DNA of 64,000 bases from a virus. Lineage: Duplodnaviria; Caudoviricetes. This document shows positions 1 through 7,178 of the stretch, piece by piece. Position 1 is the first letter of the stretch; the number at the start of each line of letters is the position of its first letter. The DNA is taken from the IMG/VR virus record IMGVR_UViG_3300044655_001017; one strand, written 5' to 3'. The notes beneath the pieces are model-generated. The model was not told where the DNA came from. It searched no databases and saw only the letters and a program-made list of their open reading frames with translations. A program made the position numbers and the translations under genes.

Positions 1-2
1 CC

Positions 3-467
3 GAAGTTGCACAGAACATTCTTGCTGATCTTACTATTGCAGTAGAACAAGAATGTCCAATTGCTAAACAACTTGGTGCAGAAGGGGTCGGCGAGGGAAT
101 TGTTTGGCAATGTGTTACTCCTGGTTACGAACAATCACGCTTTATGTTTAAAGTTAAAGGTGAAAAACACAGTTCATCTAAAGTTAAAACACTAGCAAGT
201 GTTGATATTGAAAAGGTTAATTCTATTAATGAGTTTGCTGATACAGTAGTTACTGAATCTAGACTTACTCAAGGTTTAGAATACTTAAAAGTACACAACA
301 TTAGTATTGAACCTAAAAGCACTCCTGTATTCTTAAAATGGATTGCAGATGATGTTGTTAAAGAAGAAACTGATACGCTAGTTGCAAGTGAACTAGAAAT
401 CAAAGATGTAATAACAAGAGTTAAATATGTTGCACGTACATGGTTTTTAGCCCAAGAGGAAATGTAA
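3..467 (+). CDS. RNA ligase (Rnl2-like nucleotidyltransferase), 5'-truncated by window edge
   Basis: Frame is open from base 3; translation contains ligase motifs IV and V (GEGIVW ... FMFKVKGEKH). Confidence 0.7.
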   Translation, partial: EVAQNILADLTIAVEQECPIAKQLGAEGVGEGIVWQCVTPGYEQSRFMFKVKGEKHSSSKVKTLASVDIEKVNSINEFADTVVTESRLTQGLEYLKVHNISIEPKSTPVFLKWIADDVVKEETDTLVASELEIKDVITRVKYVARTWFLAQEEM

Positions 468-616
468 TGGAATTTTTAATAATGATAGCAATAGCGTACT
501 ACATAGCAGGTGCACTTTTTGCAACGTTGTCATTTGATAACAGTGATGATGCTGGAAGTTTAGTGTCATGGACACACCGCATGGTCTTTTGGCCAGTAGT
601 AATGTGGAGATGTTAA
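467..616 (+). CDS. small membrane hypothetical protein (49 aa)
   Basis: ATG overlaps the ligase stop (TAATG); hydrophobic MEFLIMIAIAYYIAGALF... Confidence 0.5.
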   Translation: MEFLIMIAIAYYIAGALFATLSFDNSDDAGSLVSWTHRMVFWPVVMWRC

Positions 617-619
617 GTA

Positions 620-853
620 ATGGTATCAACAGATGTAATTGTGATAGGAATGCTAAGTATTTCATACTTAATATTAGGGGCCGGGTGTGCTACAATTTTA
701 TCAAATGCACCAGTTGTTAAGCATAGTCCGTTTCGCAACTACTTTATTGTGATAGGATTCTTTTGTTGGCCACTATCACTCTTTTTAATTATAGCATTTG
801 GAATATATTATCCATTTGAAATACTATATAATTTACTAAAAGGAGAAAAATAA
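620..853 (+). CDS. small membrane hypothetical protein
   Basis: ORF track; two hydrophobic segments. Confidence 0.55.
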   Translation: MVSTDVIVIGMLSISYLILGAGCATILSNAPVVKHSPFRNYFIVIGFFCWPLSLFLIIAFGIYYPFEILYNLLKGEK

Positions 854-1119
854 TGCCACTAGTACCAATAGCGTTAGCAGTAGGAACTTTATTTGGAATT
901 GCAATTACTAAAACAGTTGCAGCTTTCAAGGAGATACAAAGACTGGATGAGTTAAAGAAATGATCAATAAAGGGTTAGCAGCAGGTATATTGTTTTATGT
1001 AACTTTATTAATGTATATACATGATAGTGGATACCTGTTGTCACCTATTGAATATTTAGTATTATCATTTAGCTGTTTACTTATTGGTGAAATGTTATAT
1101 CCAAAAGAATAAAAAACAC

Positions 1120-1147
1120 TTGACAAACAATTTTATTAGTGTATAAT
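1120..1147 (+). promoter_or_regulatory. sigma70-like early promoter
   Basis: TTGACA-16 nt-TATAAT upstream of groES; near-identical copy at 7134-7161. Confidence 0.75.
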
Positions 1148-1178
1148 ATGCACATACTAAACAACAAAGGTACACAAC

Positions 1179-1484
1179 ATGGCAGTAACACAAGAAAACG
1201 TAATTCCTTTGCACGATCGTATTGTTGTAAGACAAGATCCTGCAGAAAGCGTAACACAGGGTGGTATTTTAATTGCACCTGTTTCAAAAGAGAAATCTGT
1301 AATTGGAACAGTACTAGCAATAGGAACAGGGAAACATATGGATAATGGTCAGTTCCGAGAAATAAAAGTTGCAATTGGCGATAAAGTGTTATACGGAAAG
1401 CACGCTGGAGAGCCTATTAAATTACATGATGATGAAGTTATCATTATGCGTGAAGATGAAGTATTAGCTATCCTAAGAGATTAG
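1179..1484 (+). CDS. groES: co-chaperonin GroES
   Basis: PLHDRIVV..., GGILI, GTVLAIGTG, GDKVLYGKHAG, IMREDEVLAI motifs. Confidence 0.95.
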   Translation: MAVTQENVIPLHDRIVVRQDPAESVTQGGILIAPVSKEKSVIGTVLAIGTGKHMDNGQFREIKVAIGDKVLYGKHAGEPIKLHDDEVIIMREDEVLAILRD

Positions 1485-1496
1485 CAAAAAGAAAAT

Positions 1497-1615
1497 AGGT
1501 TTCCTACAGCAACAATTTAATATCTCAGTGTGTCGCAGGTTCAAATCCTGCACTGCTCGCAAGAGCGGTTAGCTCAGTTGGTAGAGTAATTGATCAAAAT
1601 TGTGAAACCTGTTAA
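1497..1615 (+). ncRNA. Y-RNA-like scaffold copy A with circularly permuted tRNA module
   Basis: AGGTTTC/GAAACCT stem, CTACAGCAA bulge; inside: T arm GCAGG-TTCAAAT-CCTGC, acceptor ACTGCTC-GCAA-GAGCGGT, D arm TAGCTCAGTTGGTAGAGTA. Confidence 0.75.
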
Positions 1616-1641
1616 AACTCCTTAAAAAATTAAAAAAAGTG

Positions 1642-1670
1642 TTGACACAGCAGTAACAATGTAGTACAAT
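1642..1670 (+). promoter_or_regulatory. sigma70-like promoter driving small-RNA cluster
   Basis: TTGACA-17 nt-TACAAT immediately 5' of scaffold copy B. Confidence 0.7.
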
Positions 1671-1676
1671 AGTTTT

Positions 1677-1734
1677 AGAATGTTAACAGCAACTTAAAAT
1701 CATTTTTGAATATGACTAAAATACATTCTGTTAA
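1677..1734 (+). ncRNA. Y-RNA-like scaffold copy B
   Basis: AGAATGT/ACATTCT stem, TAACAGCAA bulge, GTTAAA tail. Confidence 0.65.
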
Positions 1735-1744
1735 ATAGTTTTTT

Positions 1745-1823
1745 AGGTTTCCTACAGCAATACTTTGCAGAAGTGCGGAAAAGATGTTCCGTACATATTT
1801 GTAACACTATGTGGAACCTGTTA
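1745..1823 (+). ncRNA. Y-RNA-like scaffold copy C (three inner hairpins)
   Basis: AGGTTTC/GGAACCT stem, CTACAGCAA bulge, GTTAAA tail. Confidence 0.65.
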
Positions 1824-1829
1824 AAAAGT

Positions 1830-2072
1830 TTATTAAAAAGAACCCAACTATTGAAAAAACTTTTGCGCAAGCAAGCACAATGTGTTCTCCGGAAGGGGCA
1901 CAGTGGGTAGTTATAGACTGCGAGTTGTAATGAGTGAGAGTTTCAGGCAATTACAGTGCTTTGATTCTAGTTACTATGGTAGTCATGTTGGCGGAACTAG
2001 TAAAGGGCGTCTGTAAAACGTTGACCGCATCAGCTCGATGAAACCAAAACTTTACGGGGTTCTTTTTAATAA
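1830..2072 (+). ncRNA. unclassified structured RNA (~245 nt)
   Basis: Perfect 16-bp closing stem TTATTAAAAAGAACCC/GGGTTCTTTTTAATAA, several internal hairpins, no long ORF. Confidence 0.5.
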
Positions 2073-2077
2073 GTTTT

Positions 2078-2205
2078 AGAATGTTAACCGCATCATAATT
2101 TAATGGAAACTGGTGTCCTTAGGACGTGTAGGTGCAAGTCCTACAATGCAATATTGCATTTGGCGAAAGAGTAGACGCACTGGTAAATAAAATGCATTCT
2201 GATAA
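2078..2205 (+). ncRNA. Y-RNA-like scaffold copy D with permuted class-II (Leu-like) tRNA module
   Basis: AGAATGT/GCATTCT stem, TAACCGCAT bulge; variable-arm hairpin, T arm GTAGG-TGCAAGT-CCTAC, closed acceptor AATGCAA/TTGCATT, D arm TGGCGAAAGAGTAGACGC. Confidence 0.7.
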
Positions 2206-2220
2206 ACACATGAGGTAACT

Positions 2221-2433
2221 ATGAATACAGATTACGCACATGCAGAAGGATTTGCTACATTTACAGGGGATGTAAAAAGAGCATATGAAATATCAAGTTG
2301 GTGCAAGGATCGCAAATTAGTACACGAAGTTGATTATAAATATCATTGTCAACGAAGAGAAAATACTAACACGATAATATTTCAATTTAAAGATCCAAAG
2401 CAAGCTACATTAGCAAGATTGGTTTGGATTTAA
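2221..2433 (+). CDS. hypothetical protein
   Basis: ORF track; GAGG RBS. Confidence 0.6.
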   Translation: MNTDYAHAEGFATFTGDVKRAYEISSWCKDRKLVHEVDYKYHCQRRENTNTIIFQFKDPKQATLARLVWI

Positions 2434-2440
2434 CAGTTTT

Positions 2441-2504
2441 AGGATAGTAACAGCAACAATTTACATCGGACTCTTAATCTGGCAAGTAAATTCTATCCTG
2501 TTTA
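2441..2504 (+). ncRNA. Y-RNA-like scaffold copy E with Lys(CUU)-like anticodon hairpin
   Basis: AGGATAG/CTATCCT stem, TAACAGCAA bulge, inner CGGA-CTCTTAA-TCTG. Confidence 0.65.
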
Positions 2505-2519
2505 ACAACAAATAAACAT

Positions 2520-2810
2520 ATGACCAAATTATCTAAATTAACTAAAAGAAAATCAGATATTAGTTTTATTGATCCAACTACTATGGAAGTTAGATGCACA
2601 TTTAATCAGTGTGTTGATAAGTTTACAATTGGTGAATATGAAACTATACCAAAAGCTAACGGAAACGAGTATACTGTTTTTTATCATAAGTGCGCAGAAT
2701 GCGGTCAACGTGTTAAAGGACGTGGTGATAGTACAAAGGGTTGGTTTAAACATATAGACCGAGTAGTTGACGGCAGCAACAAGTTTTATTCTTCAAATAA
2801 AGAAGAATAA
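2520..2810 (+). CDS. hypothetical protein (Cys motifs, possible Zn-binding)
   Basis: ORF track; CAEC motif. Confidence 0.6.
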   Translation: MTKLSKLTKRKSDISFIDPTTMEVRCTFNQCVDKFTIGEYETIPKANGNEYTVFYHKCAECGQRVKGRGDSTKGWFKHIDRVVDGSNKFYSSNKEE

Positions 2811-2816
2811 GATTTT

Positions 2817-2905
2817 AGAATAGTAACAGCAAATTATTTAATGGTTCGATTCCATTATTGCTATCTTAGCGATAATGCTCAATGGTGAGCAAGCTATTCT
2901 GTTAA
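2817..2905 (+). ncRNA. Y-RNA-like scaffold copy F with minimal permuted tRNA module
   Basis: AGAATAG/CTATTCT stem, TAACAGCAA bulge; T arm AATGG-TTCGATT-CCATT, acceptor ATTGCTA/TAGCGAT closed by TCT, D arm GCTCAATGGTGAGC. Confidence 0.7.
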
Positions 2906-2907
2906 AG

Positions 2908-3022
2908 TTGTTATATTAAAATGTACTACAGCGTCTGATATCAACGTAAGTGTGGAGCACTGCTAGAGTCGCCCTTTAGTATACGGTTCGATTCCGTGAT
3001 GTAGTACATTTTAATATAACAA
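2908..3022 (+). ncRNA. tRNA-like RNA without canonical anticodon loop, in a 23-bp stem
   Basis: Perfect 23-bp inverted repeat (2908-2930/3000-3022) enclosing four hairpins including T arm ACGG-TTCGATT-CCGT. Confidence 0.5.
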
Positions 3023-3034
3023 AAGGAGATTAAT

Positions 3035-3217
3035 ATGGCCGGTAAAGGTAGTAGAGCAAGACCATTAAGCGTTAGCAAATCTCAGTTTGATGATAACTGG
3101 GATAAGATTTTTGGTAAGAAAGAAGAACCCAAAACAGAAATCATTTCAAACTCACACGGCAGTCATGCTAATAACGAAAATTTAGATAAAGGAACACAAG
3201 ATGGCGAACATCAGTAA
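3035..3217 (+). CDS. small hypothetical protein
   Basis: AAGGAG RBS; MAGKGSRARP...FDDNWDKIFGKK. Confidence 0.65.
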   Translation: MAGKGSRARPLSVSKSQFDDNWDKIFGKKEEPKTEIISNSHGSHANNENLDKGTQDGEHQ

Positions 3218-3434
3218 AGCAAATAGAACTGCAGATCCAAAAGTAACACGTAATGGCAGACCTAGACTTAAATTGCTAAACTTAGCTCAAGCTAAGACAG
3301 CACTTGAAAAAGCAGGTCGTGGACGTGATAAAAATAAAATTCGTAACAGAATTGTACTTTTAGAAAATCGTGCTAAAAAATTAGGTGTGTTAGATTTAGT
3401 CACAACTACAACTAATCATGCAGAACTTGTATAA
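3201..3434 (+). CDS. small basic hypothetical protein
   Basis: ORF track; overlaps the previous gene. Confidence 0.6.
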   Translation: MANISKANRTADPKVTRNGRPRLKLLNLAQAKTALEKAGRGRDKNKIRNRIVLLENRAKKLGVLDLVTTTTNHAELV

Positions 3435-3445
3435 ATAAAAAATAT

Positions 3446-3531
3446 GGGCAAGCGTCGCAGTAGGAGAGGCGAGATGGACTGTAAATTCATTACCACGTGT
3501 TGAGTAGATTCGATTTCTACCTTGCCCACCA
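3446..3531 (+). tRNA. tRNA-Tyr(GUA), long variable arm, atypical D arm
   Basis: GGGCAAG/CTTGCCC acceptor, loop CTGTAAA, TTCGA T loop, encoded CCA; TATAAATA late promoter at 3430-3437. Confidence 0.8.
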
Positions 3532-3546
3532 AATAACTAATATAAC

Positions 3547-4161
3547 ATGAACGTATGTAAACACTGCCAACAACCTGCACTTTATCCTCCAAAAACAAAA
3601 TGGGGAGGTTGGTGTTGTGTTGAAAGATTTTATGATTGTACTGGATTTAAGTTAAAACAAAAACTTGGAAAAGAACAATCATCTAAAATTACCGGATTTA
3701 TGCCTAACAATGTTCCTTGGAATAAAGGTAATATAGGTAATGGAACATTTAATGGAAAAACACATACTGAAGTAACTAAAATTTCTATTTCAAATTCAAT
3801 GAAAGGTAATCGAAATGCAAATCATCGAGGTGATCGGCAAAGTTATTACAATAACATTAGAATGGATTCAAAATGGGAAGTCGGTGTAGCTAAGTATTTT
3901 GACAACAATAAAGTTGAATGGAAATATAATGTACAAGGGTATCAATTATCTAATGGCAACTATTATTACCCAGACTTTTTTATATATGAAAATGGAAATT
4001 TTGTAAAATTAGTCGAAGTTAAAGGTTATTTTAGAGAATCAAACAAGGCTAAATTTGAAATGTTCCTTAATGAATATTCACATATTCAAATAGAGCTTTG
4101 GCAAAGAACAATGCTCTATGATTTAGGAATAATAAATAAATCAGGTTATGTTATTGAATAA
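3547..4161 (+). CDS. free-standing endonuclease, PD-(D/E)XK-like with NUMOD-type linker
   Basis: N-terminal Cys cluster, PWNKG motif, YYPDFFI...LVEVKGY catalytic pattern. Confidence 0.65.
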   Translation: MNVCKHCQQPALYPPKTKWGGWCCVERFYDCTGFKLKQKLGKEQSSKITGFMPNNVPWNKGNIGNGTFNGKTHTEVTKISISNSMKGNRNANHRGDRQSYYNNIRMDSKWEVGVAKYFDNNKVEWKYNVQGYQLSNGNYYYPDFFIYENGNFVKLVEVKGYFRESNKAKFEMFLNEYSHIQIELWQRTMLYDLGIINKSGYVIE

Positions 4162-4181
4162 CAGAAACCACCAATTATAAG

Positions 4182-4255
4182 TGTCCTTTAGTGTAATGGT
4201 AGCACAGCAGATTTTGATTCTGCTAGTATAGGTTCGAGCCCTGTAGGGACTGCCA
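4182..4255 (+). tRNA. tRNA-Gln(UUG)
   Basis: Cloverleaf, GCAGA-TTTTGAT-TCTGC anticodon arm, GGTTCGAG, CCA. Confidence 0.9.
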
Positions 4256-4263
4256 AATATTAT

Positions 4264-4338
4264 TCCCTAATAGCTCAGTGGTAGAGCAGGCGACTGTTAA
4301 TTGCCCGGTCGGTGGTTCGAGCCCATCTTAGGGAGCCA
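4264..4338 (+). tRNA. tRNA-Asn(GUU)
   Basis: TCCCTAA/TTAGGGA, loop CTGTTAA, CCA. Confidence 0.92.
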
Positions 4339-4343
4339 AACAA

Positions 4344-4647
4344 GTTTATTGGGATGTAGGCTTAAAAGCAGCCATCATTTAAAGAGTGACCCGCAAACTT
4401 TGCTAAAGTGATACTTAAACTTACGGCAGTGCGAAAGCAACCTGTGAGCGTATGTAACTGCGTTAATATAGAGTCCGGCAATATGCCTTAATGGCTGTTA
4501 CGAGTCTAAAGTGATTGCTATATTAAACGGATGAGGGAGGTACACCCTAATGTTAAGGATGTTTTTCCTAATAGTTAAACTTAACATGTCCGAGAGTTAA
4601 TTAGGATGTCGCAGACAGGTCTTTGGCGTAACAGCACACCACTAAAC
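4344..4647 (+). ncRNA. 23S rRNA L11-binding domain (H43-H44) mimic with ~240-nt insertion
   Basis: GGGATGTAGGCTTAAAAGCAGCCATCATTTAAAGAG (4351-4386) and GCGTAACAGCACAC (4626-4639) match the two halves of 23S nt ~1055-1105. Confidence 0.7.
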
Positions 4648-4748
4648 AACAGAAAACTTTCTCCATCAACGAAAGTGTAGTAGTTGTCATTTTTAAATGA
4701 TAGCTATTACTAAAGCACTAAATATCAAGTGTTTTAGTAATAGTTATT

Positions 4749-4824
4749 GCCAAAGTAGCTCAATAGGTAGAGCACTTCACTTGTAATGAAGATGTTGCGG
4801 GTTCAATTCCTGTCTTTGGCTCCA
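4749..4824 (+). tRNA. tRNA-Thr(UGU)
   Basis: GCCAAAG/CTTTGGC, loop CTTGTAA, CCA. Confidence 0.92.
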
Positions 4825-4832
4825 TATATTTA

Positions 4833-4920
4833 GGAAGGTTGCCAGAATGGTTAATGGAGCAGTTTGCTAAACTGTCGACCTGAAAAGGTCGTATAGGTTC
4901 GAGTCCTATACTTTCCGCCA
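4833..4920 (+). tRNA. tRNA-Ser(GCU)
   Basis: GGAAGGT/ACTTTCC, loop TTGCTAA, long variable arm, CCA. Confidence 0.92.
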
Positions 4921-5006
4921 TACAATAAATGATTTAATTAGTACTTGACTTATACAAAATTTAATGTATAATACACGCATTAGTTAAACAAATTACAGAT
5001 CATGTT

Positions 5007-5585
5007 ATGGAACAATACAAAAATAGTAACGGAACATATACTAGTCCAAAAAATAACAGGACTTATAAAAGTTTAAAAGCATTTACTGCCCACTGGCATT
5101 ATGCACACACAACAAATCCTAATGCATTTGCTGAACGATTATATAATGTAGCATGTCAGTATTGCAATAAAGAATATATGATTAGTAATCATAAACGACA
5201 TGAAGTTGCATGTTATTTAAATCCAATTAATATAAAAAAGTGCTGTGTTTGTGATAAACCAATTAAGAATTACAAGTACAGTAAAGGTACATGTTCTCAT
5301 AGTTGTTCTAATACACATTTTAAAGAGTTAAGAAATAAACCAGAAAAATATACGCAATATGCAACAATTTGTTGGTACTATCATGTTAAAGAATGCATAG
5401 TATGTAAAGAATCAAATATTGTAGCAGTACATCATTATAATGAAAATCATAATGATAATACACTATCAAATTTAGTTCCATTATGTCCTACTCATCACCA
5501 ATACATGCATAGTAGATTTAAAATCCAAATTCAACACATTGTTGATGAGTATGTATTAAATATGAAAATAAAATTTAGAGAATAG
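5007..5585 (+). CDS. HNH endonuclease with Zn-binding N-terminal region
   Basis: CIVC...VHHYNENH...NLVPLCPTHH HNH signature. Confidence 0.8.
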   Translation: MEQYKNSNGTYTSPKNNRTYKSLKAFTAHWHYAHTTNPNAFAERLYNVACQYCNKEYMISNHKRHEVACYLNPINIKKCCVCDKPIKNYKYSKGTCSHSCSNTHFKELRNKPEKYTQYATICWYYHVKECIVCKESNIVAVHHYNENHNDNTLSNLVPLCPTHHQYMHSRFKIQIQHIVDEYVLNMKIKFRE

Positions 5586-5595
5586 TGTGTTGTGT

Positions 5596-5668
5596 CAGGG
5601 TATAGCTGAGGTTGGTTTAGCACCGCGTTTGGGGCGCGGAGACGGGAGTTCGAATCTCTCTATCCTGA
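5596..5668 (+). tRNA. tRNA-Pro(UGG), no encoded CCA
   Basis: CAGGGTA/TATCCTG, loop TTTGGGG, GTTCGAA; followed by ACACAA rather than CCA. Confidence 0.85.
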
Positions 5669-5720
5669 CACAATACATTACTAAATGTAACCCAACATAG
5701 TACGCGAATACTATAGTTTT

Positions 5721-5773
5721 TGAATGCTAACAGCAATTATTACTTTCAATGGTGAATTTAATGCATTCAGTTA
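5721..5773 (+). ncRNA. Y-RNA-like scaffold copy G with Glu(UUC)-like anticodon hairpin
   Basis: TGAATGC/GCATTCA stem, TAACAGCAA bulge, inner loop CTTTCAA. Confidence 0.65.
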
Positions 5774-5795
5774 TAGTATTTGCATACAACAGTTT

Positions 5796-5853
5796 TGGAT
5801 GCTAACTGCAACTTTAAACTTTCTTTTTATGAAACTTAAAATGCATCCAGTTA
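5796..5853 (+). ncRNA. Y-RNA-like scaffold copy H
   Basis: TGGATGC/GCATCCA stem, TAACTGCAA bulge, inner TTTC-TTTTTAT-GAAA hairpin. Confidence 0.65.
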
Positions 5854-5864
5854 TTTAATCATAT

Positions 5865-5938
5865 GCGGGATTGGCATATGGGTTGTGCAATAGCCTTCCA
5901 AGCTATCTAAACGAGTTCGAGTCTCGTATCCCGCTCCA
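5865..5938 (+). tRNA. tRNA-Gly(UCC)
   Basis: GCGGGAT/ATCCCGC, loop CTTCCAA, CCA. Confidence 0.92.
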
Positions 5939-5963
5939 ATTAACAATTACATATAGGTATAAC

Positions 5964-6356
5964 ATGAAACTAACTATTACTGATAACAGTACGTTAAAAG
6001 AAGTAAGAACACGTACTCATAGAAGTAAAACTCAGCATAGTGCGCCAATTAAACATTTTAAAGGTAAAATAGATGGATTGCGTGTAATAGTAACTGAAAC
6101 AATAACAGGTAAGAAATTTTACTTTGTTATTCCTCATGCTGCATATCAACACATGAGATCTACTACATCAATTGAAATACTATTTGAACTAGATGGTTCT
6201 CCTTCTAAACAACGTCCTAGTACTAGTTATAATGCTATTCCGAATTGGTGGATATATCAAGTTCCATCAGAATGCCATATGTATGCTTATAGAATAGATA
6301 ATAGATCAAAAATACCAGTAAATTCAACTTTTAACAATCAATACAAAGAGGACTAA
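5964..6356 (+). CDS. hypothetical protein, possibly a degenerate endonuclease
   Basis: In-frame ATG at 5964 after tRNA-Gly; basic; no clear catalytic motif. Confidence 0.45.
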   Translation: MKLTITDNSTLKEVRTRTHRSKTQHSAPIKHFKGKIDGLRVIVTETITGKKFYFVIPHAAYQHMRSTTSIEILFELDGSPSKQRPSTSYNAIPNWWIYQVPSECHMYAYRIDNRSKIPVNSTFNNQYKED

Positions 6357-6357
6357 T

Positions 6358-6633
6358 ATGACATCAATTCAAGCAAAACACATTTTAGTAGAAACAGAAG
6401 ATCAAGCAAATGACTTGTATAATAAAGTAGTTAACGAAGGTGCAGACTTTGGCGCACTTGCTGCTGTAAATAGTAAATGTCCAAGTGGCCAAAACGGTGG
6501 TGACTTAGGACCGTTTGGTCGCGGTCAGATGGTTAAACCATTTGAAGATGCAGCTTTTGAATTAGGAATTGGTAACTTTAGTAAACCTGTTCAAACACAA
6601 TTTGGTTGGCACGTTATTCAACGTACTGGCTAA
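6358..6633 (+). CDS. ppiC: parvulin-type peptidyl-prolyl isomerase
   Basis: AKHILV, DFGALA...SKCPSGQNGGDLGPFGRGQMVKPFEDAAF, VQTQFGWHVI. Confidence 0.95.
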   Translation: MTSIQAKHILVETEDQANDLYNKVVNEGADFGALAAVNSKCPSGQNGGDLGPFGRGQMVKPFEDAAFELGIGNFSKPVQTQFGWHVIQRTG

Positions 6634-6640
6634 CAATTTT

Positions 6641-6741
6641 GGTATAGATACTGCAACACAACTATAGCTGGTCTGTGGTTTCACAGATAATCCTAGGACT
6701 CTTTACCTAGTATAAAAAAAGTAAGAACTACTATACCGTTA
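6641..6741 (+). ncRNA. Y-RNA-like scaffold copy I
   Basis: GGTATAG/CTATACC stem, ATACTGCAA bulge, two inner hairpins, GTTA tail. Confidence 0.6.
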
Positions 6742-6746
6742 AAAAT

Positions 6747-6886
6747 AGGATAGGTTCAGCAAACAGAATTTGTTAGTTTAATAACTAGCTTTCTGATTAG
6801 CTTGCACTAGAGGTCATTGTGCAAGCAGCAGTCGAGGGGCAATGCTCGACTGTAAAATAAACAACTAAACGCCCAAACTATCCTGC
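6747..6886 (+). ncRNA. Y-RNA-like scaffold copy J
   Basis: AGGATAG/CTATCCT stem, GTTCAGCAA bulge, inner hairpins GCTTGCAC/GTGCAAGC and CAGTCGAG/CTCGACTG. Confidence 0.6.
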
Positions 6887-6918
6887 ATTCTTCCACTAAC
6901 AACTTATAGAGGTATATT

Positions 6919-7095
6919 ATGTCTAATGAAGACGACGATGTATTTTTTACACTTGAACCAGATACACTTGCAGAAATTTTTGCAACTACTCATCAAAAAT
7001 TAGTAGATGGAGAGATTACACTTAATGAAGCCAATCGCATAGGAAGTAACATGCCAGAAGGTTGGGAATTTGAGTTTGAAGACGAAGAAGAATAA
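6919..7095 (+). CDS. small acidic hypothetical protein (58 aa)
   Basis: GAGG RBS; MSNEDDDVFF...EFEFEDEEE; followed by a terminator-like hairpin. Confidence 0.55.
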   Translation: MSNEDDDVFFTLEPDTLAEIFATTHQKLVDGEITLNEANRIGSNMPEGWEFEFEDEEE

Positions 7096-7133
7096 ACCGC
7101 TTAACACGCGGTTTTTTATTCTCTAAAAAATAG

Positions 7134-7161
7134 TTGACAAACAATTTTAATAGTGTATAAT
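7134..7161 (+). promoter_or_regulatory. sigma70-like promoter of the TROVE-like gene
   Basis: TTGACA-16 nt-TATAAT. Confidence 0.75.
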
Positions 7162-7178
7162 ACACAACATAAACAATA

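Noticed and set aside
4344-4647. Host rRNA operon fragment or chimeric assembly
   Set aside because: Only ~55 nt resemble 23S, split by a non-rRNA insert and embedded seamlessly among phage tRNAs
1677-5853. Pseudoknot between TAACAG and the downstream CTGTTA in scaffold copies
   Set aside because: Complementary in some copies but broken in D, G and J; it overlaps the main stem and would need zero-length linkers
3446-5990. HDV-like (theta) ribozymes in tRNA 3' trailers
   Set aside because: No recognisable nested double-pseudoknot directly after any tRNA; a covariance search would be needed to exclude divergent ones
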